DNA of 64,000 nucleotides from positions 1 to 64,000 of IMG/VR virus record IMGVR_UViG_3300013137_000015. One strand, written 5' to 3'. Of this stretch, positions 49,373 through 59,727 are shown piece after piece (within the stretch, counting starts at the first letter, position 1; each line of letters opens with the position of its first letter). A program made the translations under genes and the position numbers. Origin of the DNA: a virus. Below the pieces are notes generated by a model. That model was not told the origin of the DNA and made no database searches. It saw only the letters and a list, made by a program, of their open reading frames with translations.

Positions 49373-50278
49373 ATGAAAGTATTAAAAACTTACAACCAAT
49401 TTAATGAATCGTTATCAAGTAATGATGATATGGATATTGTATATGTTATAGATTCATTAGTAAAAGATGCCAAAAGTTCAAAGGATATACTAAAAGTAAA
49501 AGACCTCATAAAACAAATTCAAACAAATGAAGGAAAAGTAAATGAAGGAATTTTACAAAATTTAAAAAATTGGTTAGATGATAAATTATTCAAATATTTA
49601 ATAAATAGAAAATCAAGTTTCTATACAAAATTGATGAATAAATTAAATATTTTCGATTTGTCAACTTTGGATGATGTTTTTGAATCTTATCCAGGTTTTA
49701 CAAAATTACATTCTTTATATTTAGCTGGTGGAATGGACGAAAGTCCAGATTGTGGTAAAGGATGGAGAGTTAAATTGGAAGACCAATTTGGCGAAGATCA
49801 TATTATTGAAGATGATACATTAGTTAGAGTAATTAGAGACCCTAAAGTTTTATCAGAATTTTCATATCCTGTTTTATTAAATCCTGTTAGAAAAGAAGTT
49901 GATAGAAATAAATCAGATGAATTTGATAAAGCAATCGCAGCATTAAAATCTCCTGATTATGACCCAAGAAAAGACGATGAAAAACCTATTGATTTCTTTA
50001 AAAAGACATTTGCAAGTTCAATTGAACCAGATGATGAACATCTTTTAAGAATTTCTGATGCTGTATTTTTAGGACAAGATAGAGCCGCTGGAGCAGGAAC
50101 TTATGGCGAATTGGAATTACTTTCATTATCAAGAAAACCTCTTTTCTGTTGGCTTATTAATAAATCTGCTGGCAAAATTGGTGAAGTTAAATTATGGACA
50201 ATTCCAACTTTATCAAAAGTTATGTTAAACGAAGAAGATATGAAAACATTTGTTAAAACAATAAAAAAATATACTTAA
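49373..50278 (+). CDS. Leader + nucleoside 2-deoxyribosyltransferase/dNMP N-glycosidase-like domain
   Basis: LYLAGGM..GWR, LNP, D..L..SDAV, GAGTYGEL. Confidence 0.6.
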   Translation: MKVLKTYNQFNESLSSNDDMDIVYVIDSLVKDAKSSKDILKVKDLIKQIQTNEGKVNEGILQNLKNWLDDKLFKYLINRKSSFYTKLMNKLNIFDLSTLDDVFESYPGFTKLHSLYLAGGMDESPDCGKGWRVKLEDQFGEDHIIEDDTLVRVIRDPKVLSEFSYPVLLNPVRKEVDRNKSDEFDKAIAALKSPDYDPRKDDEKPIDFFKKTFASSIEPDDEHLLRISDAVFLGQDRAAGAGTYGELELLSLSRKPLFCWLINKSAGKIGEVKLWTIPTLSKVMLNEEDMKTFVKTIKKYT

Positions 50279-50408
50279 TATGGCACTCAAAAAATATAGT
50301 GATTTTATTCCACTATCTATTGGTATTGAAGATTATTTAAATGGTGGACAAATACATAGAATTTATTTACACGGTGAAGTTATAGTAATGGAATTTTTCT
50401 TGGGTTAA

Positions 50409-50849
50409 TTATTCAACAATTCTCCCCAATTTTTTAATACGAAGAAGTCTCTTAACGACTTCTTCTTTTGTTTCACGACCATTCAAATAATAATCTTTAT
50501 CAATTATTTCTGAATATTTATTATACTTAACATATGCAGGACCATTCTCATTATGAATAAATCCATTTTTTAAAAAATATTTACTTGATGTTGTTATTTT
50601 GTTACAGAATATTTGGTCTAATTTATAAAAGTTATCATACACAAAAAGATGAAAATCAACAAAATCTTTAAAAACGGTTGTTGTACCTGTAACATCAAAT
50701 ACAGAAATCATATAACTATAATTTCCTATTCTGACCCACGAAATATCTTTTGCTTTTATTGTAATGACTTTACCCCTTCTAACAACATCATATTCATATG
50801 GTAGATTATTAATTTTCTCTTTTAATTTTGCATCACTGAATATGTTCAT
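50409..50849 (-). CDS. HxxNGPA-motif phage protein
   Basis: IHNENGPA..YYLNG; C-terminal RIKKLGRI. Confidence 0.65.
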   Translation of the reverse strand: MNIFSDAKLKEKINNLPYEYDVVRRGKVITIKAKDISWVRIGNYSYMISVFDVTGTTTVFKDFVDFHLFVYDNFYKLDQIFCNKITTSSKYFLKNGFIHNENGPAYVKYNKYSEIIDKDYYLNGRETKEEVVKRLLRIKKLGRIVE

Positions 50850-51179
50850 TTATTTAACATCTTTTTCTACTACTACTCTTGTCAATTTCTTTTCTCTAAG
50901 AATTTGATTAGCCTTTAGTCTCCATTCTGTTTCATTCATTGCTTCACCATATAAATAGAAAAATCCTCTATTACCATTGTGAAATTCTATGGCTGGACCA
51001 TTTAATCTGTGATAGACACCATTCTCTTTATATTCCCATCTATCTTTAAAACGAATCTTTTGATATGTAGAATCATCAATAAGCCATTCGTTTACTTTTA
51101 TTTCATTTTCGTAAAATTCTTTTAATTTCTGTTCCTTTTCTTGTGGGTCAGATAATTGCATAATATCTTCGTATGTCAT
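50850..51179 (-). CDS. HxxNGPA-motif phage protein
   Basis: YHRLNGPAIEF..FYLYG; C-terminal REKKLTRV. Confidence 0.65.
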   Translation of the reverse strand: MTYEDIMQLSDPQEKEQKLKEFYENEIKVNEWLIDDSTYQKIRFKDRWEYKENGVYHRLNGPAIEFHNGNRGFFYLYGEAMNETEWRLKANQILREKKLTRVVVEKDVK

Positions 51180-51182
51180 AAT

Positions 51183-51395
51183 TTAAAATTGAGAATATTT
51201 TACAAGATTGCCAACAAAATCGTGTATCCATTGACCAATTGCTTGTCCTGATTCAATTGGAAAAATAATTAGAATTGATAAAATAAAAATAGAGATAATC
51301 CACCATTTTCTTTTTTTACATAAGGAGATTATCCAATTTTTGAACCTTCTTTTTTTAACTTCTTTCTGTTGTTCTTTAACTCTTAAATCTTCCAT
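51183..51395 (-). CDS. Small membrane protein
   Basis: Basic N-terminus followed by a TM helix. Confidence 0.6.
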   Translation of the reverse strand: MEDLRVKEQQKEVKKRRFKNWIISLCKKRKWWIISIFILSILIIFPIESGQAIGQWIHDFVGNLVKYSQF

Positions 51396-51404
51396 ATATT
51401 TCTA

Positions 51405-51977
51405 TTATATTTTAAAATATAAACCCCAATTTAATGAATCGTTTATATTATTATATACATCTAGTTTATCAAAACCATTTTTACCAACAACTATCTGTAA
51501 AAAATATTTATAAATTTCATTTTTAGAATCTATTTCAGATGCACCAATACAGAAATAATTTTTAATAATTCTCGATTTCACTGTGTCAACTAATATATAA
51601 TGAATTCTATTCAAAATTTCTATCATTTCATTTTTATTAGTCAATTTTTCATAATCATCTTTATTTAAATCTAAATCTGACAAACTAAATGATATATGAT
51701 TTACAGTACCTTTATTTTTTTCATTTATAGGCATAATATCTATTCTATATGATGTATCACTATTTGTAGAAAAAGTAATTTTGAAATCGTTACCTGCTTT
51801 AAAAATATTATAAGTTGTTTGAATAGGATTGTTGAAAATCTCTTTTATAATACCATGTTCAATTAACAATTTATCTTTTGATGAAGTATAAATTTTTAAA
51901 TTCTTTTTTAATCTATCTGTTTTATACTTATCGATAAATAAACGATAATGTTGATGTTTTGTATATAAATAGTTCAT
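51405..51977 (-). CDS. Hypothetical protein
   Basis: 190-aa ORF. Confidence 0.6.
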   Translation of the reverse strand: MNYLYTKHQHYRLFIDKYKTDRLKKNLKIYTSSKDKLLIEHGIIKEIFNNPIQTTYNIFKAGNDFKITFSTNSDTSYRIDIMPINEKNKGTVNHISFSLSDLDLNKDDYEKLTNKNEMIEILNRIHYILVDTVKSRIIKNYFCIGASEIDSKNEIYKYFLQIVVGKNGFDKLDVYNNINDSLNWGLYFKI

Positions 51978-52012
51978 TTTATTTATATAAAATGCTTAAA
52001 GATAAGTTTAAT

Positions 52013-54559
52013 TTATCTATAATTACTTGCTATACTACCACCATAGAAATTTCCTTTAATCCACATTCCTGAATAATAATTACCATTATAGAAATCTCCA
52101 TTATACCAAGTTCCTTTATACCAAGTACCATTCAACCAAGTTGGTACATCAACTTCATCCGAATAGAATGTTTTTACTTGTATATCATAAACTCTTAATT
52201 GTTGACATACGGTCATATCTAAATCAAATGTTAAATTAACTCTCAATCTTTCACTTGATGTAGTTACTAATCGAGGATTATATGTGTCTAAATCAAAAGG
52301 AGGTGTTGCACCACTATAATATAATTCTAAACCTCTATTCTGATCATCAACTAACCCCCACATATCATCTAAATTACCAAAATACCAATTTTCAAGACTT
52401 GAATAATTTAAAGAAACATTTTTTGTTTTACCAATTGGTATATCTGGATATCCAAGTGCAGTATAACCTGTATAATAAGCAGGATTATAATAACACGCAT
52501 CATCTGTTCCCCAAGTTTTAACATCACCACTATCGATATGATTCAATACTAAATCTTTTAGTGGTAACATTGATGTAATATTTTTATAACCACTTCTATA
52601 ACTACTATTTGGTGTTACTTGTGTTTTAAATTTTACCATGTAACCATTTACTAATGTTACATTTAAGTCTGTTATAAAATCATAATTAAAATCAAAATCT
52701 TGGAATGATAACATAGAACTAGTTGTACCTGTTCTTGATGACATCACATTTGTATAATTGACTATTTTTCCAGAATCACTCGATGCGTTTGTTTTATATT
52801 TCTTTGAAACAGTTACATAATATTGACCACCAGTAGTACCAGTTGCCATAACTGTTGTTATACCATTATAACTTTCGTTTGTATAACCTTTATTTTGTTC
52901 AATATAAACAAAATCACCTTTCCTAAATTTTGTTAAATTTGGTCCTATGAATTGTACAACATTATATGTTATTGGTATTGGTATTGATCCAAAACTACTT
53001 CTTGAAAATATTGGTTGACCTTGTTCAACATAAGTAGTAGAATTTATAGCACTATAACCCCAATATGTCATTCCTGTGCCTGTTCCGTTATCTAATTTTA
53101 TTTTCCTACGAATTCGTAAAGTCTGATTATTTCCCATAAAAAATGGAAAAGTAATATTATATATTCCAAATGTCCATGAACCACCACCTAGATTTGTAAC
53201 AGATGATACATAGTATTCAACATTATTCATAACAAATTTTATATCACACCATTCGTTTATTTCTGTAAAATCATATAAATTTGTGACACTTGTACTTGTC
53301 AATATGTCAAATTTATCAACATTAAATGTTAAACTTCTTGATTGTGTAAAAGTAATAGAACTTACTCCATGTGATGATAATTTTATAGCCACATCTTCTA
53401 TATAATGTGTTAATTCATAATATGTATTTGAAGTATTCGATGCTGTAACATCATTTGCAGACATTGTTATGTCTGGCATAACTGTATCACCACTCCATTT
53501 ATATAAATTAGTTCTTAAATCGGCTTGTGATGTGTAAATTGGTTCTGTCCATTCTGTTGCATTTATAAAGCCAAATATACCATTCTTCCAAATACCATTT
53601 TTCCAAGTACCAGTTCTGAAATGACCACCATACCATATACCATTATCCCAAGTACCACTGTGCCATATACTTAAATAATTTTTAGCAGATTCTACTGGTT
53701 GTCCAGTGCTTCCAGTAACATAACCAGAAAACCATTCACCATTTTTCCAAGTACCATCATACCAATTACAAATTGGAGAATAATCGTCTGTGTCTAAAAG
53801 TGTATTACCAAATCTACTAACTTCAGTACTTTTTAATTTACTGAATGTTCCATTCATCCAATCACCATTTATAAATTCGCCATTATACCAATAACCATTA
53901 TACCAAGTATCACCATCAAATGTTCCATTAAACCACATACCATTCAACCACATAGAATTTGTCATATCACCATTTACATGACGACCACTGTTCCATATTG
54001 CATTATAAAACTCACCATTTTGAAATATGCCATCAACCCATGTTGATACTGATTTTTCTTCATATTGTAATGAACCCCCTATTAAATCACTTTCTTTTCT
54101 GAAATTGATATAACTATATCCTTCGTATGTTTCATTATAATAATCAAAGTCTGCCCAATCTTGTGTAGTACCACTTTCACCAAAAGTACCGCTATAGAAT
54201 TTTCCATTCATCCACAAACCATTGTGAAAAGTAGAATAGTTATCACCAGTTTGTCTTATAAAAAATACTTCATTTAATACATCAAATTTATCCAACTGAT
54301 AAGAGAAGAACAAACCATTTTTCCAAACACCAGTATAAAAGTTTCCAGAGTACCAAGTACCATCTTCCCACTCACCACAATACCAATCACCAAAATACCA
54401 AACAATACCTCTATCATTTTCACCTATGATAGCGTCTTTTACTTTTGCGTTTAATAACCAGTTATAACTTATTTTAACTTTTTCTAAAGACATTCCATTT
54501 ACAAAAATCACATTTGATTTTTCAAAATCAGTGCCTTCTATATCTACTCTTACAGCCAT
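52013..54559 (-). CDS. Virion protein with (W/F)xxG pentapeptide repeats, probably a beta-helix
   Basis: Runs such as WYFGDWYCGEWEDGTWYSG in the N-terminal region and at the extreme C-terminus. Confidence 0.7.
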   Translation of the reverse strand: MAVRVDIEGTDFEKSNVIFVNGMSLEKVKISYNWLLNAKVKDAIIGENDRGIVWYFGDWYCGEWEDGTWYSGNFYTGVWKNGLFFSYQLDKFDVLNEVFFIRQTGDNYSTFHNGLWMNGKFYSGTFGESGTTQDWADFDYYNETYEGYSYINFRKESDLIGGSLQYEEKSVSTWVDGIFQNGEFYNAIWNSGRHVNGDMTNSMWLNGMWFNGTFDGDTWYNGYWYNGEFINGDWMNGTFSKLKSTEVSRFGNTLLDTDDYSPICNWYDGTWKNGEWFSGYVTGSTGQPVESAKNYLSIWHSGTWDNGIWYGGHFRTGTWKNGIWKNGIFGFINATEWTEPIYTSQADLRTNLYKWSGDTVMPDITMSANDVTASNTSNTYYELTHYIEDVAIKLSSHGVSSITFTQSRSLTFNVDKFDILTSTSVTNLYDFTEINEWCDIKFVMNNVEYYVSSVTNLGGGSWTFGIYNITFPFFMGNNQTLRIRRKIKLDNGTGTGMTYWGYSAINSTTYVEQGQPIFSRSSFGSIPIPITYNVVQFIGPNLTKFRKGDFVYIEQNKGYTNESYNGITTVMATGTTGGQYYVTVSKKYKTNASSDSGKIVNYTNVMSSRTGTTSSMLSFQDFDFNYDFITDLNVTLVNGYMVKFKTQVTPNSSYRSGYKNITSMLPLKDLVLNHIDSGDVKTWGTDDACYYNPAYYTGYTALGYPDIPIGKTKNVSLNYSSLENWYFGNLDDMWGLVDDQNRGLELYYSGATPPFDLDTYNPRLVTTSSERLRVNLTFDLDMTVCQQLRVYDIQVKTFYSDEVDVPTWLNGTWYKGTWYNGDFYNGNYYSGMWIKGNFYGGSIASNYR

Positions 54560-57500
54560 TAGAACGAATTTATTTTTATTTTTTCTAAGAAAATCTTATA
54601 CTGAGTTGGGTCTATTACGTCATAATAAAAATCACCAGGATAAACTTTTCCACCGAAATATGCACCACCATTATAGTGTCCTCCTATATATACACTATCA
54701 TCGACCACACTCAAAGAATTTATGTATAAATTGCTTGTAGATGTTTTGTTATATAAACCTACAAGAGCACCTGTAGTTGGACTCAATTTCATTACATATG
54801 AACCTGTTGTTTGACAATATAATATATTGTTATCTAAAATTGTTGATGAATTGTAATAACCACTAACAAGCAAGAAATTACCAAACATACCATCGTAAAT
54901 TGTAATATCTGTTGCATAATCATTATTATTTCCACCAAAACTTTTGCCCCAGACAACATTTCCATCGGTATCAAATTTCAAAACAAATATATTCCAATTT
55001 GTATTCCAAATTTGTATTGAATAATCTAAACAAGCTTGTGCAGCAGAGGTTGTATGTCCAGATTGTGCAACAATAGCAGCAGTATTTGTTTTGCCAGCAC
55101 CAATAGCATCACTCGTTCCAACAGTATCAGTTATATTACTCCAAGCATAATTACCAACCAAGTTTGATGGACCAGCTTCATAATATGTCCAAGTGCCATC
55201 ACCATTATCAATTTTATGGAAAATCCAACCACTTGCTGGACCATTACTACCAATAGAATAATTAGCAGTTGAAATAAAATCTCTAACTGGTCTAACTGTA
55301 CCATCGTTTATGGTTTTTGGATGCCCAAATAAATAAGGAGTTGTCATTTGTCTAAACCAAGCAAATTGTGGAATAATCCATTCTGAACTAGATAAATAAG
55401 TACCTAAAACAAAATTACCATATCCAGACAATGATAAATTATTATACATCAATGTCATTTCATCTCTTGATGGTAAATACCAATCATCATATGTTATACT
55501 ATTATTAGAACCATATTCTGTTCCATCTATACTTAACCTGCCTTGTGCTTTTATTAACATATATATAGCATCGTTATTGTACAACATTTTATGAACAAAA
55601 TGATTATCATCATTTGAGCTTTGATAATCTAATGTATAAATAGGTTTGCACCAATATAAAAATCCATCAGCTGCATTCAATTTCATTAATGTAATATAAT
55701 TATAACCAGAAGTATTTAATATACAATCTCCTTTTACACCGCCTTCATCAATATATTCTAATCCTGCAGATGAATTAACTCTATTAGATGCATAAATATA
55801 ATTATTAGTATCATCACCAATTAGTTTTGCGGATGTATCATATATTGTATATGTGTTTATTGTATTTCTATTAGCGGTTGGTGGAACTGTTGTGAAAGAA
55901 GATGCCCAGAATTTTTTATACCATAAAATTGTTTTGAAATCTTCACTATATTTAACAATTGCATTTGTACTATAACTACTAGCAGTTATAGAATCTGACA
56001 ATATTTCTACTGGCAAATCATTATTAAATTGTTGATAATATCTACCACTCCAAGCTGATAAAAAAGTATAATGATAACCAGCTACATTTACATAATCCTG
56101 AATACTATTAGTTCCATATAAATCGATAGATTTATATGTTATAGCGGTGACTATTTCCCTTGCATAATTAAACATTAATAAATGACTTTGATACTGCGAG
56201 GTTAAAGCGGATTGTGAATTGATTTGTGTTACACCTTCGGTTGTTGAAGAAGGAGAATCAAATAATAAATATGATGCCGATATATCACGACCTGTATAAT
56301 ACAAATGATATGTATTCAAATCGTCATCAGTTTTTATATCATAACAATAACTGTATGCTGTATTGGCACCAATAAAGTGTGTATAAATAAATCCTTTTTC
56401 TGTTAGATTTTGACCATCAAACACAAGAGCCGCACTATTTCTATACCAATCTAACGTATTATAATCATCAGTTTGAAGTGCAAATTCGTATTTACCTTGA
56501 TATTTAACATTTAAATATATTTCGCCATCAAGAAGTGTAGCAGATTGTACATAAGATTCTGCATCAAATCCATACGCATCATATGAAATACCTGTATAAA
56601 ATATATTTCTAACTGTGGTTAGATCAAGATTTTTCAATTCTAAAGGATATGACAATTTTGTTATACCATCTATACCAACATCTATTAATTCAATAGGTTG
56701 ATATGTCAAATTAACATCATATAAATGTCTATAATTTGTGTCTATATTAATATCAAATATGTCTAAATTAAATAAATCGTCTTTTTGATATAAAAGACCA
56801 GTTGATAAGTTTCTAACAAACTCGTTTTCTTTAAGTATTAAAGCATATTGGGAACAAATTCTACTTCTTACATTATCAGGATACTTGTAGTAATGAGAAT
56901 GAGGGTAATTCAAATAAATATCATATAAAATATCAGATATATCTTGAACTTTGCTAACATTAATAAAATCAAATGTGTTAGCTGTTATTCCAATATCCAT
57001 TCGTGGCTTTTCAATCAACATATATTCATCTGTTATTTCATAAATCATTGTTCTTGAACTATTTGTTGTGAAGTAATATGGTGATGATGGTTCTGTTCCT
57101 GATTTAGCAAGAATTCCAAAATCTATAAATGTATATTGTTTAAAATCTAATAGTTTAGCTGTATCTTTTGGAATAATTTTGAATAAACTCGATTGTATAG
57201 GGAAATATGTATCTGTTGATGTATGTCCTTGGAACGCCCAATTCACTATCATTTCTTCAATTGTATAGTCGCTGCATAACATATATGCTTCATTGTATAT
57301 ATTAACTGGAATTTCTCCCATATTATCTAAGAAAGTTTTCAATTTATAATGTTGATATGGACTTTCAGTAGTAAATGTGTATGCACTTGTTGTACTAGTC
57401 AAACTTATTAGTGTAAAATCAAAATATCTAAAATAATCAGTGTCTTGAATTGTGTTAACTCTAATTCTATCATCAAGAGATGAAAAATCTATTATTTCAC

Positions 57501-59604
57501 CATATGGTGAAGCATTTAAATAATTTTGAAATTGATTATTTATTTCGGCATATGTATTTCCAGAATTACAATGATGTAAATTTCTAATACCAAATCTATA
57601 TGAACTTGAAATCAAATTATTATAAAACCATCCAGGAATTTCACCATCAATTGTTACATAATTAGAATCTATTGCCTTAATCTTTCCAAACCAATTTAAT
57701 AATGAACCACCAGGTAATATTTCTGTTGTTGTGAAAACATTTGTATCATTTCTAAAAGATACAACAACATGGTCACCAACAAGACTATTTGAATAAAATG
57801 TTGAATCGACTACAAATGTTGTATTTCCAGTCCAATCAAACATAGTACTTGCTGTTGTATTTCCAGTTAATGTATAAAACAAATCCCCAGTATTTGATAT
57901 AATATATTGATTATCTAAATAATTAATAATAATTTGATCTGTTGTGCTTGAAAGTGGGTACATATCAAAATAACCCCAATTATCAATTTCTATCAATGTT
58001 CTTGCAACAGCATAATCAGTGAATAACATTTTACAAGGATTACTTAAAGTATTTCCAGAAGAATCTAATAAAATGGTTTTATTAGATGTAATGACATAAT
58101 CTATATGATGTTTTACAATCCAAGAATGTCCTGTTAAAAACGATTTCTCTTCATTTACAATTGGAAACTGAATTCCTTCATTTTTTAGAAAATATTGTTT
58201 TTCTTTATTAGAACCTAATTTAACAAAAAACTTAGCTCTCCAAGCATCATCTCTTGTTGTTAATAATTCTGCATTTTCTAAAAGATAATTATTAGTAACT
58301 CTATAAATATCATTTTCTTCTGAACTATCTTGTGATGTTAATAATATTAAATGACCAGGTTTTACATTTGTATTATCAATAGTAAAATGACTTGTGGTTA
58401 TATCTACATTCTCACTTGAAGCAATATCAACTTGATACATATTTGACATATATTCGTCTATAATATTATATTCATTATACATATTATTAATTGAATATCC
58501 ATCACCTGTCATCAAAGATATATTGTAAATATCATCAGTATCTTTAACATAAGAATAACAAATTCCATTAAAACATTGTTGAAATCTAAAATATGTGTCA
58601 TATGTTTTTAATGTATTACCACTGGTAAATATATCTTCTCTGTACATTAAATTATAAACTTGATCATCATTTATATAAAATGCTCTTGCTTGAATATCAT
58701 ATATTTTTGATACATGATAACACATATAATATGTATCATAACCATTTAAATATCTTGCTAAATACCAATTTCTCTTAGCCTTAACATTATAGAAAGATGG
58801 TATTGTTTCATAACCTCTGAATACATGTTGGGTTGCACCAATCAAAATGCTGAATGTTGAACTCGTTAATATATCTCTTGTTATAGTGTAATCACTCGAC
58901 CACATATCATCTTTTCCACCATATACTACAGTTTCCTTATCTGTTGACCATATATTCGTTGGTGGGAAAACATAATACCCATCATCACTGATATAATATT
59001 GATCATTCTGTGATATTGTAGTTGATATAATTTCTGGTGAATATAATGTAGCGTAATTATTAAAAGTTTGTGCTGTTGTACAACCAGAATTTATATCCAA
59101 AGTAACTAAACTATCATATGTATAATGTGTTATATTATTATCATAATACCATTTATCGTAACCAAATATAATATTTGTTATTGTATTATCATATAAACTA
59201 TATGCAGATTTTGATACCTTAACTTCTAAGCCACATATTGTTGAACCAGTTGGAATATTAAAATTATAATCATATGTTACTAATGTTGGAGTACCAACTT
59301 TTCTAATAGAATGATTGGCGTTTGGTGATAATATAGAAGTATATGAATCATCAAAGGTTTTAACATTGTCTATATTATTCCATATAGATTTCAATTCTCC
59401 ATCATAAATATCATCATAAGAACTATCTACAATATCTGTTTTGTTTGTTGATGTTTTTGGTTCATAATGTGTTGATGAACTAATAGATGTCCCGTAGTAA
59501 CATTGTTTTACTGAATTTGGACTAACCCAATCTGTATGTCTTATTACATTAGATGTACCAGTTAATGTATCGTATTCAATTTTTTGTTGCCAAAACCAAG
59601 TCAT
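54559..59604 (-). CDS. Giant tail fibre/adhesin-like virion protein with a C-terminal beta-propeller and an inserted DUF1566-like lectin domain
   Basis: FVLKFDTDGNVVWGKSFGG propeller blades; DDWYLPSRDE..SSSE..VRPVRDF; late box at 59629. Confidence 0.6.
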   Translation of the reverse strand: MTWFWQQKIEYDTLTGTSNVIRHTDWVSPNSVKQCYYGTSISSSTHYEPKTSTNKTDIVDSSYDDIYDGELKSIWNNIDNVKTFDDSYTSILSPNANHSIRKVGTPTLVTYDYNFNIPTGSTICGLEVKVSKSAYSLYDNTITNIIFGYDKWYYDNNITHYTYDSLVTLDINSGCTTAQTFNNYATLYSPEIISTTISQNDQYYISDDGYYVFPPTNIWSTDKETVVYGGKDDMWSSDYTITRDILTSSTFSILIGATQHVFRGYETIPSFYNVKAKRNWYLARYLNGYDTYYMCYHVSKIYDIQARAFYINDDQVYNLMYREDIFTSGNTLKTYDTYFRFQQCFNGICYSYVKDTDDIYNISLMTGDGYSINNMYNEYNIIDEYMSNMYQVDIASSENVDITTSHFTIDNTNVKPGHLILLTSQDSSEENDIYRVTNNYLLENAELLTTRDDAWRAKFFVKLGSNKEKQYFLKNEGIQFPIVNEEKSFLTGHSWIVKHHIDYVITSNKTILLDSSGNTLSNPCKMLFTDYAVARTLIEIDNWGYFDMYPLSSTTDQIIINYLDNQYIISNTGDLFYTLTGNTTASTMFDWTGNTTFVVDSTFYSNSLVGDHVVVSFRNDTNVFTTTEILPGGSLLNWFGKIKAIDSNYVTIDGEIPGWFYNNLISSSYRFGIRNLHHCNSGNTYAEINNQFQNYLNASPYGEIIDFSSLDDRIRVNTIQDTDYFRYFDFTLISLTSTTSAYTFTTESPYQHYKLKTFLDNMGEIPVNIYNEAYMLCSDYTIEEMIVNWAFQGHTSTDTYFPIQSSLFKIIPKDTAKLLDFKQYTFIDFGILAKSGTEPSSPYYFTTNSSRTMIYEITDEYMLIEKPRMDIGITANTFDFINVSKVQDISDILYDIYLNYPHSHYYKYPDNVRSRICSQYALILKENEFVRNLSTGLLYQKDDLFNLDIFDINIDTNYRHLYDVNLTYQPIELIDVGIDGITKLSYPLELKNLDLTTVRNIFYTGISYDAYGFDAESYVQSATLLDGEIYLNVKYQGKYEFALQTDDYNTLDWYRNSAALVFDGQNLTEKGFIYTHFIGANTAYSYCYDIKTDDDLNTYHLYYTGRDISASYLLFDSPSSTTEGVTQINSQSALTSQYQSHLLMFNYAREIVTAITYKSIDLYGTNSIQDYVNVAGYHYTFLSAWSGRYYQQFNNDLPVEILSDSITASSYSTNAIVKYSEDFKTILWYKKFWASSFTTVPPTANRNTINTYTIYDTSAKLIGDDTNNYIYASNRVNSSAGLEYIDEGGVKGDCILNTSGYNYITLMKLNAADGFLYWCKPIYTLDYQSSNDDNHFVHKMLYNNDAIYMLIKAQGRLSIDGTEYGSNNSITYDDWYLPSRDEMTLMYNNLSLSGYGNFVLGTYLSSSEWIIPQFAWFRQMTTPYLFGHPKTINDGTVRPVRDFISTANYSIGSNGPASGWIFHKIDNGDGTWTYYEAGPSNLVGNYAWSNITDTVGTSDAIGAGKTNTAAIVAQSGHTTSAAQACLDYSIQIWNTNWNIFVLKFDTDGNVVWGKSFGGNNNDYATDITIYDGMFGNFLLVSGYYNSSTILDNNILYCQTTGSYVMKLSPTTGALVGLYNKTSTSNLYINSLSVVDDSVYIGGHYNGGAYFGGKVYPGDFYYDVIDPTQYKIFLEKIKINSF

Positions 59605-59727
59605 TATAGTTTATTATTTTCTTTGGTTTATATATTAAAATGTTAATGTTAAAAGAAAGCAACTTTAATTTGAAAAAAGGGTTTTATTCTTTAATATATA
59701 CCTATATAAAAAATAATAAATTAGAGA

